From a bacterium (lineage in GTDB: Bacteria > CLD3 > SB21), in contig JABWCP010000007.1 of NCBI GenBank assembly GCA_013360215.1, positions 124,001 to 156,158 of the forward strand: DNA of 32,158 bases, read 5' to 3'. Below the pieces are notes generated by a model, which had not been told where the DNA came from, did no database searches, and saw only the letters and a list, made by a program, of their open reading frames with translations. Shown here one piece after another: positions 17,204 through 27,737 of the stretch (positions are counted from its first letter, which is position 1; every line of letters starts with the position of its first letter). The position numbers were made by a program, and so were the translations under genes.

Positions 17204-17725
17204 GATTTCCTCGTTGATATCGGTTAATAAAGGACTTAAAAAGACTATATCATTACTTTTGTCAGGATAAATGTCGTTTCGGAATTCTCATGAAACAATG
17301 ACATTAGTCTTGAATCAGCATGACCTTTATAAGGCGAAGTATCAATAGAAAGAAGGGATGAACCGCGTATAATGGAAAAAAATACCCATAACCAATGATG
17401 CGAATATTGGAGTTCCAAAAACATAGTTTAGATTTCTCTTTGCGGCTTTGCGAGAGGTTATTACTGATAATTATTTCGGTAGGTACAAGACACTTCGGTA
17501 CGTCGCTTTGCTCCTACTTGATATCTGATAGCGTGCGCCGAGTTGAGACGCTTATAGTAACAGAATACATATTCTCGCCAAGACGCCAAGTACCCAGAGT
17601 ACAATCGAAATATGGTTATTGCGGCGTTGTACAAAAACATGTACACATCAAGACGTCAGATGCGCTAAGAATACGCCCACGCCAAAAACACTTTATCCAT
17701 TCTTTGGCGGGTCTTGCTTTTGTCT

Positions 17726-17747
17726 CGTTTATTTAATTAAATAAACG
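17726..17747. promoter_or_regulatory. Perfect 22-bp palindrome, candidate operator
   Basis: CGTTTATTTAATTAAATAAACG is its own reverse complement; it lies about 70 bp upstream of the antiporter ATG in the divergent korA/antiporter spacer. Confidence 0.55.
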
Positions 17748-17818
17748 CACCTGCCTGTACGATTACTTTATATAGTTGAAAAAATACGTCCGTAAAATAA
17801 TAAAAGGAGTCCCATCCA

Positions 17819-18904
17819 ATGAGCGTCGGAAAATTTAAAATCGAACCGTTGATGCTATTGTTGGTTTTTGTGCCGATCAGTATTGTATTGGAAGTGATGC
17901 ATGCCGATCCGGTTTGGATTTTTGTGTCAGCGTGCGGAGCGATTATTCCTTTGGCGGGTCTTATGGGAAAAGCCACGGAGCATCTTTCGCATAGTCTCGG
18001 CGCCGGGTTGGGTGGCCTGCTCAATGCGACGTTTGGCAATGCGGCGGAATTGATCATCGCGCTTTTTGCACTCAAAGCTGGTTTGCACGATGTAGTCAAA
18101 GCGTCGCTGACGGGATCCATTATTGGAAATATTTTGCTTGTGCTCGGTTTGAGTATTACAGTGGGCGGGCTTAAATTTGACAAACAAACGTTTAATCGTA
18201 CCGCTTCCAGTAACGGCGCTACGCTTTTGGCCCTGAGTGCAATTGCGCTGGTAGTACCGGCCATTTTTCATATGCTCGTCAAAGGTCATCCCGATGCACA
18301 TGAACAGGAATTGAGTCTGGAAATCGCCATCGTACTTTTTGTGATTTATATTTTGAGTTTGATTTTTTCACTGCGCACGCACAAACATTTGTACGCCGGC
18401 GACAGCGCCGAGGTGCCGCATGAACATGACGGTCCTATTTGGTCAAAAAACAAAGCGATCGGCGTTCTGCTGGCTGCAACGGCATTCGTAGCCCTGATGA
18501 GTGAATTCCTTGTGGGCGCCGTCGAACATACGGCTAAAACCTTCGGCATGACGGATGTTTTTGTCGGTGTGATTTTAGTGGCGATCATCGGTAATGCGGC
18601 AGAACACAGTACGGCTATTTTAGTGTCGGCTAAAAATCAAATGGATCTTGCGATGAATATTGCTATCGGATCAAGTATTCAGATTGCGTTATTCGTTGCC
18701 CCGGTACTGGTGTTTGCGAGCTATTTTTTTGGTCAACCGATGGATTTGATTTTTACGACATTCGAAGTTCTGGCGGTAGCGTTATCGGTTGCCGTACTGG
18801 CTTTGGTGACAATAGACGGTGAGTCCAACTGGATGGAAGGCGTTCAACTTTTGGCGGTGTATGTGATATTAGGTATCGCGTTTTATTATTTGCCCGCGCA
18901 TTAA
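17819..18904 (+). CDS. cax: Calcium/proton antiporter (CaCA family, CAX/ChaA type)
   Basis: Alpha-1 [13 protein letters not shown] and [12 protein letters not shown], alpha-2 GNAAEH and [29 protein letters not shown]. Confidence 0.95.
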   Translation: MSVGKFKIEPLMLLLVFVPISIVLEVMHADPVWIFVSACGAIIPLAGLMGKATEHLSHSLGAGLGGLLNATFGNAAELIIALFALKAGLHDVVKASLTGSIIGNILLVLGLSITVGGLKFDKQTFNRTASSNGATLLALSAIALVVPAIFHMLVKGHPDAHEQELSLEIAIVLFVIYILSLIFSLRTHKHLYAGDSAEVPHEHDGPIWSKNKAIGVLLAATAFVALMSEFLVGAVEHTAKTFGMTDVFVGVILVAIIGNAAEHSTAILVSAKNQMDLAMNIAIGSSIQIALFVAPVLVFASYFFGQPMDLIFTTFEVLAVALSVAVLALVTIDGESNWMEGVQLLAVYVILGIAFYYLPAH

Positions 18905-18925
18905 AAAAACCTAGGATAATTTTGG

Positions 18926-18979
18926 AGGACGTCGAGCGTTGTGTTTAACACGATACGCCGAGACGTCCTTATTTTTTTT
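18926..18979 (+). terminator. Probable intrinsic terminator after cax
   Basis: AGGACGTC...GACGTCCT stem with inner GTGTT/AACAC pairing, followed by a T-run; between convergent genes. Confidence 0.6.
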
Positions 18980-19071
18980 ACGCATCGCGATAAAACAGTT
19001 ATCGGTCATTTCGGCGGGATTACGCAACGACTTAGAAATGACAGACTCTTAGAAAATTTATCAGCGGTGGA

Positions 19072-19746
19072 TTATCCCACTTTCGCGTGTACGGTCAATA
19101 AATCATTTCCGAGTATGGCGTGAAGTTGATCGCCTGTCACGACCGGACCGACGCCTTTCGGCGTTCCCGTATAGATCAGATCGCCGCGCTCCAGTGTAAA
19201 AAATTGTGAAACGTAACTTACGATAGCGGCGATATCAAATATCATATCCGATGTATTGCCGTTTTGACGGATCGTACCGTTGACAAGAAGTTTGATATCT
19301 TGCTGCATGATATTTCCGGTCTGTTCTTTAGGCATAACCTGAGAAATGCACGCCGAGGTGTCAAAGCCTTTAGCGATCGTCCAGGGCCGTCCTTTTCTCT
19401 TGGCTTCGCTTTGCAGATCGCGCAATGTCATGTCTAGTCCGACAGCGTAACCGAGTACGTGATGCATTGCATCGGCCGGTGATATTTGTTTTCCGGTTTT
19501 TCCGATCACGATGATGAGTTCGACCTCATGATGCATATCGTTGGAAACGGACGGACGTAGGATCGTACCGCCGTCGTATATCAGCGCGGAAGGCGGTTTC
19601 ATAAAAATCACCGGTTCGGTAGGAAAATCGGGTTCTTTGCCCGCCGGCGTCAATTCGATGATGTGTTCGCGGTAGTTTTGGCCGACGCATAAAATTTTTG
19701 AAACGGGTATTTTTTCTCCCGATGTGTGCATAGTGACATGTGCCAT
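19072..19746 (-). CDS. Fumarylacetoacetate hydrolase family protein (FAHD1/YcgM-like)
   Basis: KILCVGQNYREH, PVIFMKP, HHEVEL, DMTLRDLQ, WTIAKGFDT and GDLIYTGTPKGVG motifs. Confidence 0.93.
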   Translation of the reverse strand: MAHVTMHTSGEKIPVSKILCVGQNYREHIIELTPAGKEPDFPTEPVIFMKPPSALIYDGGTILRPSVSNDMHHEVELIIVIGKTGKQISPADAMHHVLGYAVGLDMTLRDLQSEAKRKGRPWTIAKGFDTSACISQVMPKEQTGNIMQQDIKLLVNGTIRQNGNTSDMIFDIAAIVSYVSQFFTLERGDLIYTGTPKGVGPVVTGDQLHAILGNDLLTVHAKVG

Positions 19747-19838
19747 GATATTTTCCTTGGGCTTGAATTGTGTGCAATAACTTAGTAAGTTTTTACGCGA
19801 TCAGGAAGAGATAATTTCTAATCGCACCGTCTGTCTAA

Positions 19839-21746
<1,908 letters not shown>

Positions 21747-21965
21747 CACGGCTAGCGGCCTGAATAAAAAACGGCGGCTTCTAAAATGCGTATGAAACGA
21801 TACGTTGGGCGTGAAGTAATCACGGTATAAATTTTGTAGTTTAAACCGAGTTCCTAGGCATGCTGTTGAGATTTAAGAGTATAACAACATGTGTTACAAA
21901 ATCTCTAACAGTCGTTAATATATACCGGCATTATTCCAAAAGTCGGCACGATCATTTTAATACCC

Positions 21966-23054
21966 ATGAATAAACCCGATCGCAAATTCTGGATCATAGT
22001 AGCCGCGGCTTGGTTGCTTTTGGGTTTGCTCTACAGCATACAATCCTACCATTATCGCGTCACCATCGGTCGTCCCGGTGATTTGCTACCGTTACTTATC
22101 AACGATATAGGCTTTTTTTTCCTATGGGCGTTGTTTAGCGTTCCCGTCATTCGATGGATTTTGCACTGGCCGATTCTTCGGAGCAACTGGCAACGTCGGT
22201 TACCCGTTTTTTTAATGGCCGGTTTAGTCATCGCCTTTTCTCAAAAGGGATTGTATGATGCTTTTTTGCTGGTTGCATACAGTGAAACGACACAGGGTTT
22301 TCCTTGGGAACGTTGGTACCGCTCGGTGATCGGTTCTTTTGAACTCGGTTTTTTCATTTACGTATCCATGATCTTTGTTGTGCATACGTGGATTTATCAT
22401 GTCAACCTACAGCGTGAGCAACTGGATGCCGCCGCTTTGCGCGAACGATTATCACAGATCCGTTTGCAGGTTTTACAAAGTCAACTGCAGCCGCATTTTC
22501 TTTTTAATACGCTAAATACGATTTCCGGACTTATTGACGTTCGTCCTGCGGATGCAAAACTGACGCTTGGCCGACTGGGAGAATTGCTTCGCATGTCGCT
22601 GGAATCGGATCAGTTAACCGAAGTAACACTTCAACGTGAATTAGATTTTTCGCAAGTGTATATGGCTATCCAGACAACCCGTTTCGGCGATCGTCTGACT
22701 TATAAATGTACCGTAGATTCCGCGATGCACGGGGTGTTGGTTCCGACGATGATGTTACAGCCTTTGCTGGAAAATGCCGTGACGCACGGTGTGTCGAAAG
22801 TTCCCGGCGCCCATACGATTGAGTTGAAATCATGGCGTGATGGGGATACGTTGTGTTTGGACATAAATAATAGCTTTGAAGCTACGGCCAATCCGGAACA
22901 AACACCGGGACTGGGCATCGGTCTTACCAATATCCGTGAACGTCTCCGGCAATTGTACGGTGAGAAGGCTAAGTGTGAACTGGCGGTGCATGCACACGGT
23001 GCGCACGTTACGATCAGGATGCCGTGGCGCACCTCCGACGGGAACCAAGGATAA
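21966..23054 (+). CDS. LytS/YehU-type membrane sensor histidine kinase
   Basis: About 4 TM helices, then QLQPHFLFNTLN H-box, LQPLLENAVTHG N-box and GIGLTNIRERL G-box. Confidence 0.93.
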   Translation: MNKPDRKFWIIVAAAWLLLGLLYSIQSYHYRVTIGRPGDLLPLLINDIGFFFLWALFSVPVIRWILHWPILRSNWQRRLPVFLMAGLVIAFSQKGLYDAFLLVAYSETTQGFPWERWYRSVIGSFELGFFIYVSMIFVVHTWIYHVNLQREQLDAAALRERLSQIRLQVLQSQLQPHFLFNTLNTISGLIDVRPADAKLTLGRLGELLRMSLESDQLTEVTLQRELDFSQVYMAIQTTRFGDRLTYKCTVDSAMHGVLVPTMMLQPLLENAVTHGVSKVPGAHTIELKSWRDGDTLCLDINNSFEATANPEQTPGLGIGLTNIRERLRQLYGEKAKCELAVHAHGAHVTIRMPWRTSDGNQG

Positions 23055-23059
23055 TATCT

Positions 23060-23794
23060 ATGCGCGTACTCATCGTAGATGACGAGATGCCCGGGCGTCA
23101 AGCCATCAAAGATCTCCTGCGTAACGAATCGGACATGCACATTATCGGTGAAGCAGGCGACGGCCACGAAGCGGTGCGTCAGATAACCGAGCAAAATCCG
23201 GATCTCGTTTTTTTGGACATTCAAATGCCCGGTTTGGACGGATTTGGTATTGTTCGCCAGATCGGTATCGAACGCATGCCGATGACGGTATTTGTAACGG
23301 CCTACAGCATGCATGCACTCAATGCCTTTGATGTGCATGCTATGGACTATGTGCTCAAGCCTATCCATCCGGAGCGGTTTGCGGCGTGTTTGAAACGCAT
23401 TCGCCAGCTGAAAATACCGAATGTACCGGCCATGGTCGGTGCGATGACGATGGTTCAACAAAAGTATCCTTCACAAATACTCATTCGCTCCACCGGAAAA
23501 ATGGACGTGATAAAAACTGACGATATTCGCTGGGTGGAAGCGCAGGGTGACTATGTGCAAATCCATACCCGATCGCAAAAACAACTGATGCGAAGCACGA
23601 TGAGTGGGTTTGAAACGCTTCTTGACCCTTCCGTTTTTCAACGTATCCACCGATCCGTCATTGTTCGGGTCAGCCTGATCAAAGAGCTCCAACCGATGTT
23701 TAACGGTGATTATAAAATCAAATTAGACGACGGTACGTCACTTTCGCTAAGCCGTACTTACCACGAAAAAGTATTACACTGCCTCAACGGTTGA
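23060..23794 (+). CDS. LytTR-family response regulator
   Basis: MRVLIVDDE, LVFLDIQMPGLDG, FVTAY, DYVLKP receiver; LytTR domain with FQRIHRSVIV and LSRTY. Start placed at ATG 23060, 5 bp after the kinase stop. Confidence 0.95.
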   Translation: MRVLIVDDEMPGRQAIKDLLRNESDMHIIGEAGDGHEAVRQITEQNPDLVFLDIQMPGLDGFGIVRQIGIERMPMTVFVTAYSMHALNAFDVHAMDYVLKPIHPERFAACLKRIRQLKIPNVPAMVGAMTMVQQKYPSQILIRSTGKMDVIKTDDIRWVEAQGDYVQIHTRSQKQLMRSTMSGFETLLDPSVFQRIHRSVIVRVSLIKELQPMFNGDYKIKLDDGTSLSLSRTYHEKVLHCLNG

Positions 23795-23819
23795 TCTCCG
23801 AACCAACCTGACCTTTCAA

Positions 23820-23901
23820 TTTCTCATCGCAGGATCCTCACGGTTCAACCTGTTTTTCTAACGTATTATCGCGTTTGGATAGGACGGCGCGGTTTCATCG
23901 C
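23820..23901 (+). promoter_or_regulatory. Candidate LytTR binding repeats
   Basis: Imperfect direct repeats TTTCTCATCGC (23820), CGGTTCAACCT (23841) and CGTATTATCGC (23862) at exact 21-bp phasing, plus GGTTTCATCGC (23891), directly downstream of the LytTR gene. Confidence 0.55.
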
Positions 23902-23938
23902 GTAGGTTGGCCATGAATAGATATAATAGGAGACGCGT

Positions 23939-26695
23939 ATGAAACGATGGTTGTTACTATGGATTTCAACGGTATTTGTATCGGTCACGGCTCAGCAATT
24001 TACCAAAATTACTACCGGGCCGGCCGTTAGCGACGGCGGCGCTTCGCGCAGTGTAAACTGGTTTGATTATAACAATGACGGGTACTTGGATTTATTTGTC
24101 AGTAACAGTGGCGGCGCTAAGGGAACATCGGACTTTTTGTATCGCAATCTCGGTGCTTCAGGAAACTACGGCTTCAGTAAAATTATCCGTGGTCCTGTGG
24201 TTACAGACTTCGGGCAATCCGACGGGGCGAGCTTCGGCGACTATGACAACGACGGTGATGAAGATGTTTTTGTGGTCAACTGGTACAATGAAAATAATAT
24301 GTTTTATGAAAATGGAGGTGCCCCGTATTTCCGCTATTCAGCTGTTACGACCGGTGCTCCGGTGACCGATGGCGGCTTATCGGAGACATGTGTATGGGGC
24401 GACTATAATAATGACGGGTATCTGGATTTGTACGTAACCAATAGCGGCAATGCCGGTCTCGCGCAGGCTAATTTTCTGTACAAGAATAACGGCAATAAAA
24501 CATTTACAAAAATTACGACAGGCTCACCGGTTACCGATGTCACATTTACTCGGGGCGCTAACTGGATTGATTATGACCGGGACGGAGATCAGGATTTATT
24601 TGTAGTTAATGAGAATGGGCAGGATAACGCACTGTATAAAAATACGTTGATCGAAAACGGCACAGAAAGCTTTTTGAAAGTGATTGGGGTACCTATTGTG
24701 TCGGATGGAGGAAGTTCCATGAGTGCCAGTTGGGGAGATTTAAACAATGATGGAAACCTTGACGTATTAGTTGTCAACGGCATCGGAGAACATGAGTTTT
24801 TGTATCTTCAGAATAACGATCATACCTTTACCAAAGTCACAACCGGTGATCTCGTAAACAGCGGCGGCTCGTCCATGGGCAGCGCACTGGGTGACTTTGA
24901 TAATGATGGTGATCTCGATGTGTATATTACGAATTCTTACGCCGGGACACCATCCGTCGATTTTTTATTCAAGAACATGCTGATCGAAAACGGTTCTCTT
25001 TCTTTTCAAAAAATTACGACAGGCAGTATCGTAACGGATCAGGGTGACGGCTACGGTTGCGCATGGGGCGATTATGATAGAGACGGTGATTTGGATTTGT
25101 TTGTTGCCAAAACAGCGGGCGAAGATCAGAATAACGCGTTGTACCGCAATGATAATACGACCGGTTATCACAGCGTACAATTTCGATGTGTTGGCACGAT
25201 GTCCAATCGCAGTGCAATAGGAACTATCATCCGCGTAAAAGCGGTTATCGGTGGTCAAGGCCGGTGGCAAACACGCGTCGTCGAAGGTCAGAGCGGTTAT
25301 TGCGGGCAGTCACAGATAGCCCATTTTGGATTGCATAATGCGACGACAATTGATTCGGTAGAAATTACCTGGCCGCGCGGGGATGTGGATATTTATACCG
25401 GCTTGTCTTCGGATAGTATTTACGTGTTGACGGAAAATACCGGTTATGGGACGTTAGGCTTTTCTTATAATACGGAACCGATTCAATCGCAAACGCTTCG
25501 TGATACTACGGTGTTAGAAGACTTTGGGCGTATATCTTTTATTTCACTCACGGATTATTTTTACGATCCCGATTATACCGATCTCAAGTTTTCGGTATCC
25601 GCGATTACATCGGGGATTACGGTGAGCCTAACCGGCGACAGCCTGATATGTAATAGCGTAAAAGATTTTTTCGGTTCGGTCAAAATCGCCGTACGTGCTA
25701 CCGACGATGTCGTAACTCTCTATGACACGCTGACCATAACAATCGAGGATGTCGCCGAACCCATACTCCGACCGGCTGTGACAGTGTCCGTATTTCAGAA
25801 TCCGGTACTGTCATCGTATGCGGATATTATCGTGGTGAGCACACTAGATCTGGATACCGCACCATCGCTTCAAATACAGATACCCGGCGGATCCGGCGAC
25901 GTATCGCTTTCATTGCAGGCTATTTCGGAGTCGGCGCGTATTTTCAAAACATCGTATAAACTGCAGACCAACGGTACGTACACGTTATCGGCGGGCATTC
26001 GTACCTATCAGTTGTTTGATACTACGATTAGCCGAAGCTTTACAGCATCGCTTGCAAAAGTCGGCCAAACTCAGATTGCATTTTCACCGGACGAACGTTC
26101 ACATCTGACTGTACCCGCGGGGCAATCCTATGGTTTGGATTGGATTTTGGCTACGATCGAAGAAGCTGCCGACGAAATAGTATATAACTATCAGGCAAAA
26201 TCATTGCCGCCGCATACCCGATTTGAATATGTTGCTGATATGAGCCAAATGCCGGCGGGAATGCGTCCGGTGATTTCACGTTGGGACGGTGTTCAATGGG
26301 TAGTTCGGCCTTCGATCTATAATGAACGCACACATATCGTTTCAACAGAAATTTCCGAGGCAGGTCAATTCAAAATTTTATTTGTAAACTACGATACCCC
26401 ATCGGCTATCATACCGGAAGATTTGCAGCTTGAACAAAATTATCCGAATCCATTTAACCCTTCTACGCATATCCGATTTGCTGTTCCGGAGGCGTCGAAC
26501 GTCCGGCTTACTGTATTTAATTTGCTGGGTCAAAAAGTGAGAACGCTCATCGAAGACTACCGTTCATCCGGTTCGTACGGGGTTGTCTGGGACGGGCGTA
26601 ATGATGCCGGATTGGGCGTTGCCTCCGGAATCTATGTATATCGTCTGGAAGCAGCCGGCCGAATCGTTTCTCGAAAAATGATGTTGATCAAATAA
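23939..26695 (+). CDS. Secreted FG-GAP/VCBS repeat + ASPIC/UnbV (CRTAC1-like) protein with cadherin-like and FlgD-Ig/T9SS-type C-terminal domains
   Basis: Signal peptide; seven D[YFL]xxDGxxD[LV] repeats; NRSAIGT..SGYCGQ..AHFGL..IDSVEITWPRG ASPIC-like region; LEQNYPNPFNPSTHI..VASGIYVYRL..RKMMLIK; AGGAG SD. Confidence 0.9.
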   Translation: MKRWLLLWISTVFVSVTAQQFTKITTGPAVSDGGASRSVNWFDYNNDGYLDLFVSNSGGAKGTSDFLYRNLGASGNYGFSKIIRGPVVTDFGQSDGASFGDYDNDGDEDVFVVNWYNENNMFYENGGAPYFRYSAVTTGAPVTDGGLSETCVWGDYNNDGYLDLYVTNSGNAGLAQANFLYKNNGNKTFTKITTGSPVTDVTFTRGANWIDYDRDGDQDLFVVNENGQDNALYKNTLIENGTESFLKVIGVPIVSDGGSSMSASWGDLNNDGNLDVLVVNGIGEHEFLYLQNNDHTFTKVTTGDLVNSGGSSMGSALGDFDNDGDLDVYITNSYAGTPSVDFLFKNMLIENGSLSFQKITTGSIVTDQGDGYGCAWGDYDRDGDLDLFVAKTAGEDQNNALYRNDNTTGYHSVQFRCVGTMSNRSAIGTIIRVKAVIGGQGRWQTRVVEGQSGYCGQSQIAHFGLHNATTIDSVEITWPRGDVDIYTGLSSDSIYVLTENTGYGTLGFSYNTEPIQSQTLRDTTVLEDFGRISFISLTDYFYDPDYTDLKFSVSAITSGITVSLTGDSLICNSVKDFFGSVKIAVRATDDVVTLYDTLTITIEDVAEPILRPAVTVSVFQNPVLSSYADIIVVSTLDLDTAPSLQIQIPGGSGDVSLSLQAISESARIFKTSYKLQTNGTYTLSAGIRTYQLFDTTISRSFTASLAKVGQTQIAFSPDERSHLTVPAGQSYGLDWILATIEEAADEIVYNYQAKSLPPHTRFEYVADMSQMPAGMRPVISRWDGVQWVVRPSIYNERTHIVSTEISEAGQFKILFVNYDTPSAIIPEDLQLEQNYPNPFNPSTHIRFAVPEASNVRLTVFNLLGQKVRTLIEDYRSSGSYGVVWDGRNDAGLGVASGIYVYRLEAAGRIVSRKMMLIK

Positions 26696-26715
26696 CCCAA
26701 ATTACCGGAGACGTT

Positions 26716-27321
26716 ATGAAAAAATATATTTTATGCTTTCTTACGCTATGGGTGCTGTCCTGCGGCGGAGATTCCGGCAGTTCTGTTTCGTATAGTGAAA
26801 CGGTTGAACGCGGTGCAACGGCCTTAAACGAAGGTTCTTATGCGGAAGCGATCAAGCATTTTTCAGAAGCTGTCGCGATGCATGCCGATCGGCCTGAAGC
26901 CTTTGCGGGTTTGGGGTGGGCATACCTGTTTTCGGATAGCGTGGAGGCCTCCGAAGCGGCATTCTCTGATGGCAGCATGCTTGCCAATCCCGGAGCGGAT
27001 TTGCAGGCCGGATATGCGTTTTTATTGGGCGTTCAAAAAAATCACGAAACTTCCAACGCGCGTATCGTTAGCGTATTGGCCGCCGAGCCACAGTGGTCTT
27101 TGAGCTACGGCTTGAATATTGATTACAAGGATTTGTACCTGCTTAAAGCGGAAAATCATTTTCTCCTTGGTGAGTATAGCCAAAGTGTATTGGCTGTCAA
27201 ACAGATCCAATCGTCGTTTATCGCCAATACCAATACAGCGGAAGGCATTGCCCAACTGGCTGCCAAAATAGAGTCCCTCAAGCTAACTACGGAAGCGACA
27301 CCGCGGAGCATACTTTGGTGA
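26716..27321 (+). CDS. TPR-containing putative lipoprotein
   Basis: VLSCGG lipobox-like signal; TPR pattern G..ALNEGSYAEAIKHFSEAV....EAFAGLGWAY; GGAG SD. Confidence 0.85.
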   Translation: MKKYILCFLTLWVLSCGGDSGSSVSYSETVERGATALNEGSYAEAIKHFSEAVAMHADRPEAFAGLGWAYLFSDSVEASEAAFSDGSMLANPGADLQAGYAFLLGVQKNHETSNARIVSVLAAEPQWSLSYGLNIDYKDLYLLKAENHFLLGEYSQSVLAVKQIQSSFIANTNTAEGIAQLAAKIESLKLTTEATPRSILW

Positions 27322-27361
27322 CAAGGGTATCCATCGTAATATAGTTTTCCGACCTTTCAAG

Positions 27362-27393
27362 AACGCCCGCCTCAATTGAAGCGGGCGTTTTTT
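27362..27393 (+). terminator. Intrinsic terminator
   Basis: AACGCCCGC-loop-GCGGGCGTT followed by a T-run. Confidence 0.85.
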
Positions 27394-27510
27394 ATGTCCT
27401 AAAACACCTTGTTCATCAAACAAATTGCCGTTTTCGTCAAGTGGGGTCCCCCAATTACTTGTTTTGACCTTATGTTAGTGGCGTGTTTACAAACTTATGG
27501 GAGAACAAGT

Positions 27511-27612
27511 ATGCCAAACACAATATCTGCATTATTGCACAACCGCTTCATTCGGTCGACTTCTGCATTGTATCGTCTTTCTTTATCAGCGGGCAAAAGT
27601 TTTATCACATAA
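27511..27612 (+). CDS. Candidate 33-aa small/leader peptide
   Basis: GGGAG 7 nt before ATG 27511; encodes MPNTISALLHNRFIRSTSALYRLSLSAGKSFIT*; bracketed by a 12-bp inverted repeat. No homology recognised. Confidence 0.3.
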   Translation: MPNTISALLHNRFIRSTSALYRLSLSAGKSFIT

Positions 27613-27679
27613 CCGCGCAAGTACCTCCCATAAGTTGGCCGGCGAAGACGTTCACCGGTCGGCTTGCGCGGAGTTTTTT
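27613..27679 (+). promoter_or_regulatory. Structured leader / terminator-like stem upstream of the beta-propeller gene
   Basis: CCGCGCAAG (27613) pairs with CTTGCGCGG (27663), with inner stem GGCCGGCGAA/TTCACCGGTC, followed by AGTTTTTT. Confidence 0.5.
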
Positions 27680-27737
27680 GCGTTTATTCACGTAGGTTCG
27701 GTTCTCATTATCATATATAACAAGAAAGGAAAAACAC

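Noticed and set aside
17395-17736. 113-aa ORF in the korA-cax spacer
   Set aside because: No clear SD, no recognisable domain and atypical composition; cannot be supported, though not excluded.
24060-25110. Recurring nucleotide similarity suggestive of a repeat array or CRISPR
   Set aside because: Explained by protein-level FG-GAP repeats; no identical repeat/spacer structure anywhere in the window.
27590-27680. c-di-GMP-I riboswitch (GGGCAAA motif)
   Set aside because: The GNRA-capped P2 stem and receptor pattern do not follow; reported only as an unclassified structured leader.
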